Shown here: piece after piece, positions 28,499 through 38,998 of the stretch
Position numbering within the stretch: position 1 is the first letter of the stretch
How the letters are laid out: each line of letters begins with the position of its first letter
NCBI GenBank assembly: GCA_965116495.1
Contig: OZ220696.1
Location: forward strand, 1,248,001-1,312,000
Direction of reading: 5' to 3'
Source: Gammaproteobacteria bacterium
GTDB lineage: Bacteria > Pseudomonadota > Gammaproteobacteria > Eutrophobiales > Eutrophobiaceae
DNA: 64,000 nt
Made by a program: the position numbers and the translations under genes
The notes under the pieces: model-generated
Seen by the model: only the letters and a program-made list of their open reading frames with translations
What the model was told of the DNA's origin: nothing
Database searches by the model: none

Positions 28499-31400
28499 TC
28501 AGGCCGCCGAGGCCATAATCCGCTGCGGATACTTATCCCATTCCTTCAGTTTATTGCGCAATTGGGCGTCGTAGTGACGGATATTATCCTCCTTGATGTG
28601 GCCATAACCCTTTATCATTTCCGGTAGCGCGGCAATTTCTCCTGCCAGCGCGTAGTTGTCTTTGTTCAATGTCTCAATGATACGCTCAATATGCCTGCGG
28701 TACTCAACGACAAGCGCTCTTTCGCGTTGCCGTTCCTTGCTGTACCCGAAGATATCGAAAGCCGTTCCCCGCAGCCGCTTTAGCTTTGCAAGAACACCGA
28801 ATAGCGTGAACATCCATGGGCCAAACTCAATCTTCCCGGGCTGACCCGTGCGCTTGCTCCTGAATGATAGCAGGGGTGGCGCCAGATTGAATTTCAGCTT
28901 GTAGTTACCTTCAAACTGCTGCTTCAACCTGCGTTCGAAATCACCTGATGTATACAGACGGGCAACCTCGTACTCATCCTTGTAGGCCATAAGTTTATAG
29001 AGATAGCGGCCCACGGATTCTGCCAGTTCCGTACTGTCACCGCCCAGGGCATCTTCCGCAGCCCGCACCTTGTCAATGAGTTGTTTGTACTCACCGGCGT
29101 AGCCTGCTCCCTGATAGTCCGTCAGGTCACTGATACGCCGCTCGATCAATTCGTCCACAGATTCGGGTAACTGCAGTTCACCATCATCCAGAGATGATTC
29201 TGCTATATAACGCTCCACCGCCTCCGGATCATGGGCAGCCATTCTACCCCACGCAAGGGTATGCAGATTGGTTGTAACGGCCACGCCATTGAGTTCAATT
29301 GCTGTCTCTACCGATTCTACGGTGAGGGGAACCAGTCCTTTTTGCAAGGCGAAACCCAGCATAAATACGTTGGTGGCAATGCTGTCACCCGTCAGCCTGG
29401 TTGCCAGGGTGGTTGCCGCAACATCTGACAGGCTATCATCACCGACCAGTTGCCGTAGCACGGCCAGCATGGAATCCTTGCCGAAATCGATATTCATGTT
29501 GCGCTGGAACTGGGCGGTAGGAACAACATCATTATTAACAAGAATACTGGCGGACTCGGAACGTACCAGGTCGGTTACCTGGGCGCCGGATGTCACCACC
29601 AGGTCACAACCGATAACCAGGTCGGCTGCCCCGCTCCACAATCTTGGGGCATTGATACTCTTTGTGTCGGGCGCAATACGTATGTGGCTCAATACCGCAC
29701 CGCCTTTCTGGGCCATGCCGGTAATATCAAGAACGCTGCAGGCTTTTTCTTCCACGTGGGCTGCCATACCGAGAATTGCCCCGACAGTGAGTACTCCCGT
29801 ACCGCCAATCCCGGTAATCAGGATGTTATAGGCGCCATCTCCTGACACGGTTTCCGGTGTAGGCAAGCCGGCAAAGATCTGTTCCTGTTCCGTGCGGGCT
29901 TGCTCTGCCTTGCGTAGCTGTCCTCCTTCCACGGTCACAAAGGAGGGGCAGAACCCGTACTGGCAACTGTAATCCTTGTTACAACTGGATTGATCAATTC
30001 GACGCTTGCGGCCGTACTCGGTATCCACCGGCTGGATGCTTATACAATTGGACTGCGTAGAACAGTCGCCGCAACCTTCACAGACATCCTGGTTGATATA
30101 CAGCCGCTTGTCCGGATCGGGGAAAAGGCCGCGTTTGCGGCGGCGACGTTTCTCAGCCGCACAGGTCTGGTCATAGATAATGGCCGAAACACCTTTCTGT
30201 TTTTGCATCTCCCGCTGAACAGATTCCAGTTCATCACGGTGATAGACCCTGGTCTGAGGCGGCCAGTGCACGGATGCAGGGTATTTTTCGGGCTCATCGG
30301 TGACAACGGCAATCGGTTTGACCCCTTCCCAATAGATCTGGTTGGCCATCATCTCCACCGTAAGCTCACCATCGATTGGCTGCCCTCCGGTCATGGCAAC
30401 AGCATCGTTATACAATAGCTTGTAAGTGATATTTGCTCCGGCGGCCAGGGCTGAACGTATGGCCAGGAGGCCGGAATGAAAATAAGTCCCGTCCCCCAGA
30501 TTCTGGAAGGAGTGTTCCAGATCCATAAAGTGGTGCAAACCTACCCAAAGTGAGCCTTCCGCTCCCATTTGCGCCGCGTATTCCGTTTCACGGTCAGGCA
30601 TCACCAGGGGCACGATGCCATAACAACCCACACCCGTGAACGTCAGACTGCCATCAATGGTTTTGGTGGATGTGTTGTGGGGGCACCCCGAACAGAAGTA
30701 GGCGGTGCGAAAAGCATTGACCGGAGGTAATTGTGCAACCTTGCTGCGACGATTTTCAATTTCAGCCACCTTGGCATGCATTTGTGGATAGTTGATATCC
30801 AGCACCTTTAACCGGCGTACCAGTACGTCAACCATGAGGTTAACATTGGTTTCGCCGAACTCAGGGACCAGGGTGTTACCTTCATTATCCTTTTTACCGG
30901 TGATAACAGGACGCTGCGCCTGGGGTAATGCATAAAGCAGGCGCGTTAACTGATCTTCAATAATCGGGTTTTTGTCTTCCACCACCATTACTTCATCGTG
31001 ATCGAGACAAAACTCCCTGATGCCTTGCGGCTCCATGGGCCATGTGACGGCCAATTTGTAGATGCGGATACCCAGGTCAGAAGCCATGGCCGTATCGATG
31101 CCCAGCTCATGTAATGCTTCCATCAGGTCAAGATAGGGCTTGCCGGCTGTGACAATGCCCAACTTGCGCTTGGCGCTATCCTGCACCACCTTGTTCAAGC
31201 CATTGGCGTGGATAAATGCATCGACAAGGGGCATTTTGAATTGAACCAGCCGGCGTTCCTGAACGAGGGGCATGAAGTCGTTGTGAACGGCATTGACACC
31301 TTCAGGCGGGAAGGTGCATCCTTCCGGTGTGATAATTTCCAGTTTTTCCGAATCGGCCTCGGCAGTGGAAGTCAACTCAATTGTATCGGTCACGCCCTTA

Positions 31401-32002
31401 AGAGCTACCCAGAGCCCTGAAAACCTTGAAAGCGCCCAGCCGTACAGGCCGTATTCAATATACTCCTGTGTGGAGGAAGGATAAAAAATCGGCACATAGG
31501 CGCCCACCAGCATGGGGTCCGATGAGGCAGAGGTAATCGATGACTTGGCGCCGATATCATCCCCCGTAAAAATCAGGGCACCGCCATACCTGGAAGTACC
31601 GGTAGTGAAGTTACCCGCTTTGATGGCCTCTATCGCCCGTTCTGTACCCAGCATTTTTCCGTACCACAGGGAAAAAACACCATCGTATTTTTTCTTGTCC
31701 GGATAAAAATCCAGCCACTGGGAACCCTTGATGGCTGACGCAGCCAGTTCTTCGTTCACTGCGGGCATAAACCTGATGTGATGTTCCTCCAACAGATCGC
31801 CTGCAGACCACAATGCCGTATCATAAGTCCCGATGGGTGATCCCCGATAACCGCTGATAAAGCCTGCCGTATTCAACCCCGCGGCAACGTCACGCCGCCG
31901 TTGAATCATGGGCAAACGCGTCATGGCCTGCAGAGTGTTGAGGTAAATCCGTCCTTGAGTTCGGGTATATTTGTCGTTCAGTTGAACAGCTGTTTTAGTC
32001 AT
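28499..32002 (-). CDS. fused indolepyruvate:ferredoxin oxidoreductase family protein
   Basis: GFISGYRGSP, FCSGCPHN, TPP motif GDGTYFHSG...YND, Fe-S CEGCGDC...C, GIGGTG, GMAQKGG, AYKDEYEVARL. Confidence 0.95.
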   Translation of the reverse strand: MTKTAVQLNDKYTRTQGRIYLNTLQAMTRLPMIQRRRDVAAGLNTAGFISGYRGSPIGTYDTALWSAGDLLEEHHIRFMPAVNEELAASAIKGSQWLDFYPDKKKYDGVFSLWYGKMLGTERAIEAIKAGNFTTGTSRYGGALIFTGDDIGAKSSITSASSDPMLVGAYVPIFYPSSTQEYIEYGLYGWALSRFSGLWVALKGVTDTIELTSTAEADSEKLEIITPEGCTFPPEGVNAVHNDFMPLVQERRLVQFKMPLVDAFIHANGLNKVVQDSAKRKLGIVTAGKPYLDLMEALHELGIDTAMASDLGIRIYKLAVTWPMEPQGIREFCLDHDEVMVVEDKNPIIEDQLTRLLYALPQAQRPVITGKKDNEGNTLVPEFGETNVNLMVDVLVRRLKVLDINYPQMHAKVAEIENRRSKVAQLPPVNAFRTAYFCSGCPHNTSTKTIDGSLTFTGVGCYGIVPLVMPDRETEYAAQMGAEGSLWVGLHHFMDLEHSFQNLGDGTYFHSGLLAIRSALAAGANITYKLLYNDAVAMTGGQPIDGELTVEMMANQIYWEGVKPIAVVTDEPEKYPASVHWPPQTRVYHRDELESVQREMQKQKGVSAIIYDQTCAAEKRRRRKRGLFPDPDKRLYINQDVCEGCGDCSTQSNCISIQPVDTEYGRKRRIDQSSCNKDYSCQYGFCPSFVTVEGGQLRKAEQARTEQEQIFAGLPTPETVSGDGAYNILITGIGGTGVLTVGAILGMAAHVEEKACSVLDITGMAQKGGAVLSHIRIAPDTKSINAPRLWSGAADLVIGCDLVVTSGAQVTDLVRSESASILVNNDVVPTAQFQRNMNIDFGKDSMLAVLRQLVGDDSLSDVAATTLATRLTGDSIATNVFMLGFALQKGLVPLTVESVETAIELNGVAVTTNLHTLAWGRMAAHDPEAVERYIAESSLDDGELQLPESVDELIERRISDLTDYQGAGYAGEYKQLIDKVRAAEDALGGDSTELAESVGRYLYKLMAYKDEYEVARLYTSGDFERRLKQQFEGNYKLKFNLAPPLLSFRSKRTGQPGKIEFGPWMFTLFGVLAKLKRLRGTAFDIFGYSKERQRERALVVEYRRHIERIIETLNKDNYALAGEIAALPEMIKGYGHIKEDNIRHYDAQLRNKLKEWDKYPQRIMASAA

Positions 32003-32049
32003 TGGTTATTGTCATTGGTTTTTACTCGGTGGATATTCCGGTTACTGGC

Positions 32050-32412
32050 TCACTTGACAGTAATGTAAACTTCGCCATCTATTACTGTGACGGGATACAC
32101 CTTGACTGGCTCCGTACAGGGTAAGGCAACAGGTTCGCCAGTGCGGATATCGAACTTGCCTTCATGCCATGTGCACTCGATAATGTGTCCTTCCAGGTAA
32201 CCCTCATCACCCAGTGATGCCTTGCCATGAGTGCAGAAGTCATCGCTGACATAAATTTCATCTCCCTGGACACGGTAAACCGCGAGGGCAGACAGTTCTT
32301 CACCTTCTACTTCAACCTGTAAAGTATCTTCTTCATCGACGTCCTCAACTGCGCACACGCGCACGAGGCGCGTTTTTGCAGCGGATGTCGTTTTCATGTC
32401 GTCGTCAGTCAT
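32050..32412 (-). CDS. Rieske-type [2Fe-2S] ferredoxin
   Basis: CTH...ECTWHEGKFDIRTG. Confidence 0.93.
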   Translation of the reverse strand: MTDDDMKTTSAAKTRLVRVCAVEDVDEEDTLQVEVEGEELSALAVYRVQGDEIYVSDDFCTHGKASLGDEGYLEGHIIECTWHEGKFDIRTGEPVALPCTEPVKVYPVTVIDGEVYITVK

Positions 32413-32441
32413 CAGGTTGTCCTCTCTCACGCATTTCCTGT

Positions 32442-33434
32442 TTACAGTGACAGGAGTTGCTTTGCGTTTTCATGAGTGACCAGCGCACTTTCACTGGCTG
32501 ACAGGCCAGCCCGGGACAGGAACCCGGGAAGATCTTTCTGCCCAATCTCGGTAGGTCCGTCGGTCCCTGCAACAAAACGACCTGCTCCCAGCCGGCGTAC
32601 CAGGTAACCCAGATAGTCGGAACTGAATGTCACCGTGTCATAGTAAAACCGTTTGGCATACTCCAGGGGTCTGATGTCTCCATTTACTTTCATCACGTCG
32701 AACTTGTTCCAGACCATATCGAAACGATCCAGGACCGCGCCGATACCACCGCCTCCGTGGCTGAAAACAAGCTTCAAGCGCGGAAAGCTCCCTAAAATGT
32801 CAGTCATGATAAAAGAGCCAATTAACGCTGTTGTCTCATGGGGCACACCCAGCACCGGTCCCATAAGCGGAGAACCCAGCAGCCTGTCCAGAGATCCCGG
32901 TTTGATCCCATGGATAAACAGGACAAGACCAAGATCTTCCGCTGTTTCAAAAACGGGATAGAAACGCTCATCGGCCAGTGAGCAACCATTGATATGGCTG
33001 CCCAGGTGAACGCCCTTCAGACCGTGTTCGGAATGAAGACGTTCCAGTTGTCCAACCGCTTGCTGAGGATCCTGCATCGCAATGCAGCCAAGCCCCTGGA
33101 AACGATCCGGCGCCTTTCGCACCATGTTTCCCACGAATTCATTCATAAAGTCCGTAAGGACTACGGCAGCGTCAGCATCCAGCCAGTAGGAAAGCAACTC
33201 AGGCAGGGGCGATAACAACTCCATGTCAATGCCATTATTTCCCATTTGCTCAACGCGTGCGTCCACATCCCAGTAAAAACTCTCGAACTTTCGATATTCC
33301 TTGCCATTAATAATCATGCTGGACAGGCTTTCATTAACAGGCGCCATCTCAGGCCAGGCCGGCTCACTCACACCACCGGGCCGAGCAGGATAACTGTCCG
33401 GTACAATGTGTGCGTGAAAATCGATGATGGTCAT
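32442..33434 (-). CDS. amidohydrolase (ACMSD-like decarboxylase/hydratase)
   Basis: IDFHAH, FIHG, SHGGG, YYDT, GTD. Confidence 0.88.
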   Translation of the reverse strand: MTIIDFHAHIVPDSYPARPGGVSEPAWPEMAPVNESLSSMIINGKEYRKFESFYWDVDARVEQMGNNGIDMELLSPLPELLSYWLDADAAVVLTDFMNEFVGNMVRKAPDRFQGLGCIAMQDPQQAVGQLERLHSEHGLKGVHLGSHINGCSLADERFYPVFETAEDLGLVLFIHGIKPGSLDRLLGSPLMGPVLGVPHETTALIGSFIMTDILGSFPRLKLVFSHGGGGIGAVLDRFDMVWNKFDVMKVNGDIRPLEYAKRFYYDTVTFSSDYLGYLVRRLGAGRFVAGTDGPTEIGQKDLPGFLSRAGLSASESALVTHENAKQLLSL

Positions 33435-33473
33435 GCCTGGCTTCCCCTGTCCGATGAATTGACTAAGTCTCTA

Positions 33474-33491
33474 ATATAGCGCATGCTATAC
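33474..33491. promoter_or_regulatory. palindromic operator copy (ATATAGCGCATGCTATAC)
   Basis: 15/18 match with symmetric arms TATAGC/GCTATA, between divergent genes. Confidence 0.78.
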
Positions 33492-33532
33492 AAATTACGC
33501 AAGCCATAAAATCGGAATGTCATTATCCGACA

Positions 33533-34720
33533 ATGAGTAAAGTATTGAATAACATACGAGTGATAGATATCACCAGGTATGTGGCGGGTCCTATTTGCGC
33601 AGCCCAGTTGGCTGATCTCGGCGCTGAAGTGATTCACATCGAAAATGTGGGTGGCAGTGAAGACCGCACCCCATTGCCATTTGATCCGGATTATCCCGCC
33701 GGTGTGGGCTTCGTGCAGTGCAATCGCAACAAAAAAAGCCTTGGTCTCGATCTCGCCTGCCAGGAAGGAAGGGATATACTTTACAGGCTTGTGGGGAATA
33801 CCGATATCCTGGTGGCAAATATGCCCGGCAAAGCAATGGCCCGCCTGGGAATTGACTACGACACAATTCGAGGCATCAAAGCGGATATTATCTTTACCCA
33901 CGTGACTACCTTCGGTAATGAAGGACCATACGCCGACCGTACGGGATTTGATGCCATCGCCCAGGTCATGTCCGGCGCTACCTATCTTTCCGGCTGGCCG
34001 GAAGAACCTATGAAGAATGCGGCTGCCTGGGTTGACATGACAACAGGAAACCATGCAGTGACGGGCATTCTTGCTGCGCTTCTTCACCGGCAGAAAACAG
34101 GAAACGGACAAAAAGTTGAAGTCAATCTGCTGCAATCGGCCATGTCCATCATCAATTACTTCCTGATCGAGGAAGAACTCACCGGTATGGGCCGGACCGG
34201 AATAGGAAACCGCGCGCCATCAGGCGCCCCCTGTGACCTGATCAAAACCCGGGACGGCGCTTTTTATATTGCCATCCTCGGGCAGCCTATGTTCAAACGC
34301 TTCAGTAAAATGATCGGTCAACCCGAACTGTCCGAAGAACCCCGGTTCGCCACGGATGAACTGCGGGCAGACAATGGTGTTGAACTCAGCGGGCTGGCCG
34401 CCGGCTGGGCCGCAGATAAATCGACTGACGAGTGTCTGGACATACTGGCTGAGTTTCGAATTCCGGCAGGGCCGATGTTGAGTCCGCGCCAGGCCCTGGA
34501 CGACCCCCATGTTCAATCAGCCGGATTCCTGCACAAGGTAAATGTGCCGGGCATTAAAAAACCCGTGCCTTATATCATGCCGCCTTACCGACTCAGCGAC
34601 GCACCTGCAACCATTGAAAACGGACCGCCGCTTCCGGGCGAGCATACAGACGAAATACTGGCAGAGCTGGGATACTCGGGCGAAGAAATCGCCGGCTTAC
34701 GGAACCGGGCCGTGGTTTAG
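33533..34720 (+). CDS. CoA-transferase family III (CaiB/BaiF)
   Basis: LADLGAEVI, NRNKKS, GFDAIAQVMSG. Confidence 0.93.
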   Translation: MSKVLNNIRVIDITRYVAGPICAAQLADLGAEVIHIENVGGSEDRTPLPFDPDYPAGVGFVQCNRNKKSLGLDLACQEGRDILYRLVGNTDILVANMPGKAMARLGIDYDTIRGIKADIIFTHVTTFGNEGPYADRTGFDAIAQVMSGATYLSGWPEEPMKNAAAWVDMTTGNHAVTGILAALLHRQKTGNGQKVEVNLLQSAMSIINYFLIEEELTGMGRTGIGNRAPSGAPCDLIKTRDGAFYIAILGQPMFKRFSKMIGQPELSEEPRFATDELRADNGVELSGLAAGWAADKSTDECLDILAEFRIPAGPMLSPRQALDDPHVQSAGFLHKVNVPGIKKPVPYIMPPYRLSDAPATIENGPPLPGEHTDEILAELGYSGEEIAGLRNRAVV

Positions 34721-34844
34721 CGGTAATAATTTTGTTAAGTCTCACCCAAGGAAAATCACCAATGAGCTTACAAAATAAGGTAATAATCATAACCTATAGT
34801 AGACCGTCTCCACGGAAACTCTGAGACTTAATCCCAGAGATTCC

Positions 34845-35345
34845 CTAGATGATAATTGTCATCTGCCCCGCATCATTGAGGCTGTTAAGGTCCAGGGCAA
34901 TGCGTTTACTCTTGATCCTGATGTCGGTCCCCTCCCGCACCAGCACATAACGCATCTCACCCATAAAATTCGTGGTTTTATCGTTGCCGGTGCGGTATAC
35001 CACGACATTCGCCCGGACCCTGGTTTCACTACCCCGGGTACCGGCAATTCGAACATTGGTGTACAGGTGTCGCGTTTTGGAATGTGGATACTCACAGTGT
35101 GCGGCACGCTTCATCAGGCGAACAGCCCTTGCGTCAATCCGGCTTTTCTTATCGGCAAGCACGAACAGCGACCTGGCTGGATCGGCATTAAAAGGATCTT
35201 CACAGTCAGTTGATGCGACTTCATAACTGCTGTCATCTGAATATAGCTCTTTCCAGTCCAGCAAACGCCAATCATCCAGTAGCTCAGCTTCGTAGTAAAG
35301 GAAGTCTTCTGCTTCCTGGCGGGTAATCATATGATTCTGCGACAT
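34845..35345 (-). CDS. ring-hydroxylating dioxygenase beta subunit
   Basis: AEDFLYYEAELLDDW, HCEYPHSKTRH. Confidence 0.92.
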   Translation of the reverse strand: MSQNHMITRQEAEDFLYYEAELLDDWRLLDWKELYSDDSSYEVASTDCEDPFNADPARSLFVLADKKSRIDARAVRLMKRAAHCEYPHSKTRHLYTNVRIAGTRGSETRVRANVVVYRTGNDKTTNFMGEMRYVLVREGTDIRIKSKRIALDLNSLNDAGQMTIII

Positions 35346-35362
35346 ATTTTACTCCTGATGGC

Positions 35363-36691
35363 TTATATCTGCTGTTCGAGGCTCACAGCGCCGCGCATCA
35401 GCATGTCCCATTGTGTCCAGTATCCCTGCATATGGGTCTCGTCGTCCGTCATGCCGGATGCAACACGCAGGTCGTCGACGCCCTGCATACCCTTGGATAA
35501 TTCGGTCCACTCTGTCGGGCAGGCAGTTATGGATTTCTGGGCGCTGTTCAACATTGAACCATCGTCCGGGGACCCAAACCCGGAAGGGCCCAGGAAGGAC
35601 ACAAAATTGTCCAGCCGAATTTCCTTCAATTCATCGGATTCTTCCTTTGGCGCCAGGCACCAGGCATTGACTTTCATGGCGGTAGGCGAAACCGGCTCGA
35701 TAACCCGAATGGTCAGGGCTAATATGTCGTTGATGACGAGATTGGGAAATATCACCGAGTTTTTTTGCATATCGCAAATGTAGTCGGCCCTTTCCTGACC
35801 AAGCTGATCGGTCAACCGTTGCCTGTTGGCGCCGATCTCCTTCTTTATGTCCGGACCCCATTCCTCGATCCAGTAACCGACGGGACGTCCGGTCGGCACA
35901 TTAGATGACAACAGGAAATGTCCGTTGCCCATGGCATACGCCCCGCCCTTCTCCTGGAAGTTGGCCATCTTTGCGAAGACCCCGGATTCCTTGGTGCCGC
36001 TGTATTTATCGGCAAGAAACTCAAGATAGGTCTGGTGTACGGGACCAAGGTGATAACCGTCCGCGCTGTTTTCTATCAGGAATTTGTAATTTGCATTGAT
36101 CGAATAGGCGTGCTCACCCGGCAATATGATCATTTCTTCCGCCGACTGGGCATTTATCGAGTCCAGCAAGTCTCTGACCTGTTCACCAAGGAAATCGTAG
36201 AGCGATATGGCATTGTCGTTAAAGTTTACGAAGTTGAGGCCACCGTATTCCTCTACTCGCACACGGGGCAGGTCCAGGTGCCCATCTGCGTTGATATCTT
36301 CCGGATAGCCTGTCTCGGTATTCATCGATTTCAGCTTTCCTTCCGTATCGTATACCCACCCGTGATATCGACAGGAGTGTACCTTGCTATTACCTTTTCT
36401 ATCCCAGCAGACAGCCGCGCCACGATGGGTACAGGTATTGTAGAAGGCCACCAGTTCCCCCTTCCGGCTGTGCTGGAATATCAGGTTTCGTCCCATGACC
36501 GTGCGGGTCAGGAAATCGCCCTTATTGGGAATTTCGGAGCGGTGCCCCAGATACAACCAGCATTTGTCGAATATCAGCGCCTTCTCCATTTCAAACACTT
36601 CCTGGCTGTAATATGCTTCTCTGTTGATACGGAAGGTCCTGCAGTCTCTGTCAACCTCTATCAGCGACTTTTGCATGGCTTTGGTATTCAC
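35363..36691 (-). CDS. Rieske ring-hydroxylating dioxygenase alpha subunit
   Basis: CTHRG...CRYHG; ENSADGYHLGPVH; GSPDD; paralog of 26344..27630. Confidence 0.94.
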   Translation of the reverse strand: MNTKAMQKSLIEVDRDCRTFRINREAYYSQEVFEMEKALIFDKCWLYLGHRSEIPNKGDFLTRTVMGRNLIFQHSRKGELVAFYNTCTHRGAAVCWDRKGNSKVHSCRYHGWVYDTEGKLKSMNTETGYPEDINADGHLDLPRVRVEEYGGLNFVNFNDNAISLYDFLGEQVRDLLDSINAQSAEEMIILPGEHAYSINANYKFLIENSADGYHLGPVHQTYLEFLADKYSGTKESGVFAKMANFQEKGGAYAMGNGHFLLSSNVPTGRPVGYWIEEWGPDIKKEIGANRQRLTDQLGQERADYICDMQKNSVIFPNLVINDILALTIRVIEPVSPTAMKVNAWCLAPKEESDELKEIRLDNFVSFLGPSGFGSPDDGSMLNSAQKSITACPTEWTELSKGMQGVDDLRVASGMTDDETHMQGYWTQWDMLMRGAVSLEQQI

Positions 36692-36714
36692 GGTTTGATT
36701 ACCTTCTTTTCGAT

Positions 36715-37641
36715 TTATTCATCTGGACCGGCTGTGACTATATTTCCCGACTTTCCAAAAGCTTCATGGGGCCTGGCTCCCCAGAGATCATAATCCTCCG
36801 GGGCAGGGGACATATAGCGGGCGCGCCGGTAATTTTGCTCGGGAAACTGTTCCATACCCTGCGAATATTCCCAGGACATCCCATCAGGATCATGTATATA
36901 AGTGTGGACACTACCCGACGTGGGGTGTCGCCCGATACCAAAGCCAACGGTAATCCCGCTGTTCTTGGCTCGATTGTAGAATCGACCTATGTCATCGATT
37001 GTCTTGACCTTCCAGGCCACATGGTTAAAACCGGGCGGACCGCCGAATGTGGGCAAGAACGCAAACGTATGATGGTGCGGTATGGGGTATGCCCGGACCA
37101 GCGTGCCGATGTAATCACCCAGGATATCCGATACGACAAACCCCATGTTCTCCACCGCGAATTCGGTACTGGCCTTCACGTCCGGGACGTTTACAGCCGA
37201 ATGAAGAAACCCCTCAAACTCGGTACCCCGGATAGGCAATGGTGAGGAAATCTTCAACATATCGGAATAATATTCGAAGCAAATGCCCGCAGTGGGTTCC
37301 CGTACGCGAAAGACCGGATTAAGGCCCAGGCCCAGCACCTGGCTCTCTTCCTTCGAAAGCCATTTTGGTTTGAGCCCGATACTTTCATAATGACGACAGG
37401 CCTTTTGCACATCCTCCTCAGATTCCATTTCCCAGGCATGTCGAACAAAACCGGGTTGGTCATTCTGGTGCAGCACGACATCGTGGTGTTGTGGCCCGCT
37501 GCGAAAAAAACGCTCTCCACCCGGTCCTTCTCCCGCGGGACTTATCCAGAATATATTGGTAAGAAATTCGCTGGTTCGATCCAGGTCCGTGACATTAAGT
37601 ACCGTATAACCCGGTTTACCGTATCTGAAATCTACCGTCAT
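36715..37641 (-). CDS. extradiol ring-cleavage dioxygenase (VOC family, CmtC-like)
   Basis: YTVLNVTDLDR, His/His/Glu ligands (LHSAV, NHVAW, WEYS), GRHPTSGSV. Confidence 0.88.
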   Translation of the reverse strand: MTVDFRYGKPGYTVLNVTDLDRTSEFLTNIFWISPAGEGPGGERFFRSGPQHHDVVLHQNDQPGFVRHAWEMESEEDVQKACRHYESIGLKPKWLSKEESQVLGLGLNPVFRVREPTAGICFEYYSDMLKISSPLPIRGTEFEGFLHSAVNVPDVKASTEFAVENMGFVVSDILGDYIGTLVRAYPIPHHHTFAFLPTFGGPPGFNHVAWKVKTIDDIGRFYNRAKNSGITVGFGIGRHPTSGSVHTYIHDPDGMSWEYSQGMEQFPEQNYRRARYMSPAPEDYDLWGARPHEAFGKSGNIVTAGPDE

Positions 37642-37694
37642 GGTTTTGCCCTCTTAATTAGTTTTAGTTACATTTTGTTCAATAAGGTCTTTCA

Positions 37695-38825
37695 TTACAG
37701 CGATTTTGCGATGGATATTTTGCCGATCTCGGTCGTACCGGCGTAAATAGTCTGCAACCGTGCATTGGTATAGATTCGCGATATAGTGTACTCGTCCATA
37801 TAACCGGCGCCCCCATGTAACTGCAGGCACTCATTGGCCACTCGCTGTTCCATCTCACAGATCCAGGTTTTTGCCATGGTAGCAATGTTTAAATCAAGTT
37901 CTGAATTGGCATAACGCACCAGGCAGGCGTTTAAAAAATCGCGGCCGACCGTAAGATCGGTCTTCATTTCCGCCAGCTTGAACTGAGTATTCTGAAATTC
38001 GAAAACCGTTTTACCAAATGCTTTTCGGTTCTTTACAAAATCCAGTGTCAGGTCGAATGCCAGTTCCGCGGCCGCCAGAGACCTTGCTGCAAGTTGTATA
38101 CGATCCAGAGCGAATGTAGACAACAGGACTTTGAATGCACCATTTTCCCTGCCAAGCATGTCATCCGCACTCACGCGCACATCATCGAGGAAAATCTCGC
38201 CCACGGGATAGAGGGCGGCCCCCATTAATTTCAACGGCCGGATATCAACACCCCTGGTACGTGTATCAACCAGGAAAATACTCATATCATGTGGGCCAGT
38301 GGCTGCCTCCGTCTTCACCACCACATAGAGCAAATCAGCAATCGGCGCATTACTGATATAGGTTTTATTGCCATTGATGACAAACTCATCGCCGTCTCGT
38401 CGCGCTGTGGCAGTAATGCCCGACACGTCGCTACCCGCCCCCGGCTCAGTTAAACCGAGTGCCTGAATAGCATCACCGGACAGTATCCTGGGGCACCACT
38501 CGGCCTTCTGTTCATGTGTACCGAAATGTACCAGCAGATGCGAAGCAATATCGCTGGTGAACGATGCGCCTAAAATCGCGCCACAGGGGTAGTGTCCCAG
38601 TTCCTCGGACAGAATGATGTTAAAGAGGTCATCTCCGCCAGGCCCGCCATACTCTTCCGGGATACATATACCGAGTAGTCCTGCATCGGCAGCTTTGTTC
38701 CATATGTCCCTGTCAACACTCCCCTGTTCCTCCCAGGCTTTCAATCTGGGCTCCATCTCCTTTTCGATGAACTTCCTGACGGTATCGCGAAAAATATTAT
38801 GCTCGTGAGTGAAGATAGAGTTCAT
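37695..38825 (-). CDS. acyl-CoA dehydrogenase (LCAD-like)
   Basis: LTEPGAGSD, INGNKTYISN, QLHGGAGY, IYAGTTEI. Confidence 0.93.
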   Translation of the reverse strand: MNSIFTHEHNIFRDTVRKFIEKEMEPRLKAWEEQGSVDRDIWNKAADAGLLGICIPEEYGGPGGDDLFNIILSEELGHYPCGAILGASFTSDIASHLLVHFGTHEQKAEWCPRILSGDAIQALGLTEPGAGSDVSGITATARRDGDEFVINGNKTYISNAPIADLLYVVVKTEAATGPHDMSIFLVDTRTRGVDIRPLKLMGAALYPVGEIFLDDVRVSADDMLGRENGAFKVLLSTFALDRIQLAARSLAAAELAFDLTLDFVKNRKAFGKTVFEFQNTQFKLAEMKTDLTVGRDFLNACLVRYANSELDLNIATMAKTWICEMEQRVANECLQLHGGAGYMDEYTISRIYTNARLQTIYAGTTEIGKISIAKSL

Positions 38826-38867
38826 TTTATATCCCCGCATTTAACAATAGATGCAGTTCACGATATT

Positions 38868-38885
38868 ATGTAGCATTTGCTATAT
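38868..38885. promoter_or_regulatory. palindromic operator copy (ATGTAGCATTTGCTATAT)
   Basis: 16/18 match upstream of the ACAD-dioxygenase operon. Confidence 0.8.
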
Positions 38886-38998
38886 TAAATCAACACCCGT
38901 GAGGCACACCCGTGAGGCGCCGATACCAGCACAGCAGGGATTTTCAGCCCGTGAAAAACGTGAAGACAGGAATAAAAATGCAGATTTAATCCGGAAAG

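Noticed and set aside
38893-38918. 13-bp tandem duplication ACACCCGTGAGGC x2
   Set aside because: Only two copies, with no associated element; likely a local slippage event.
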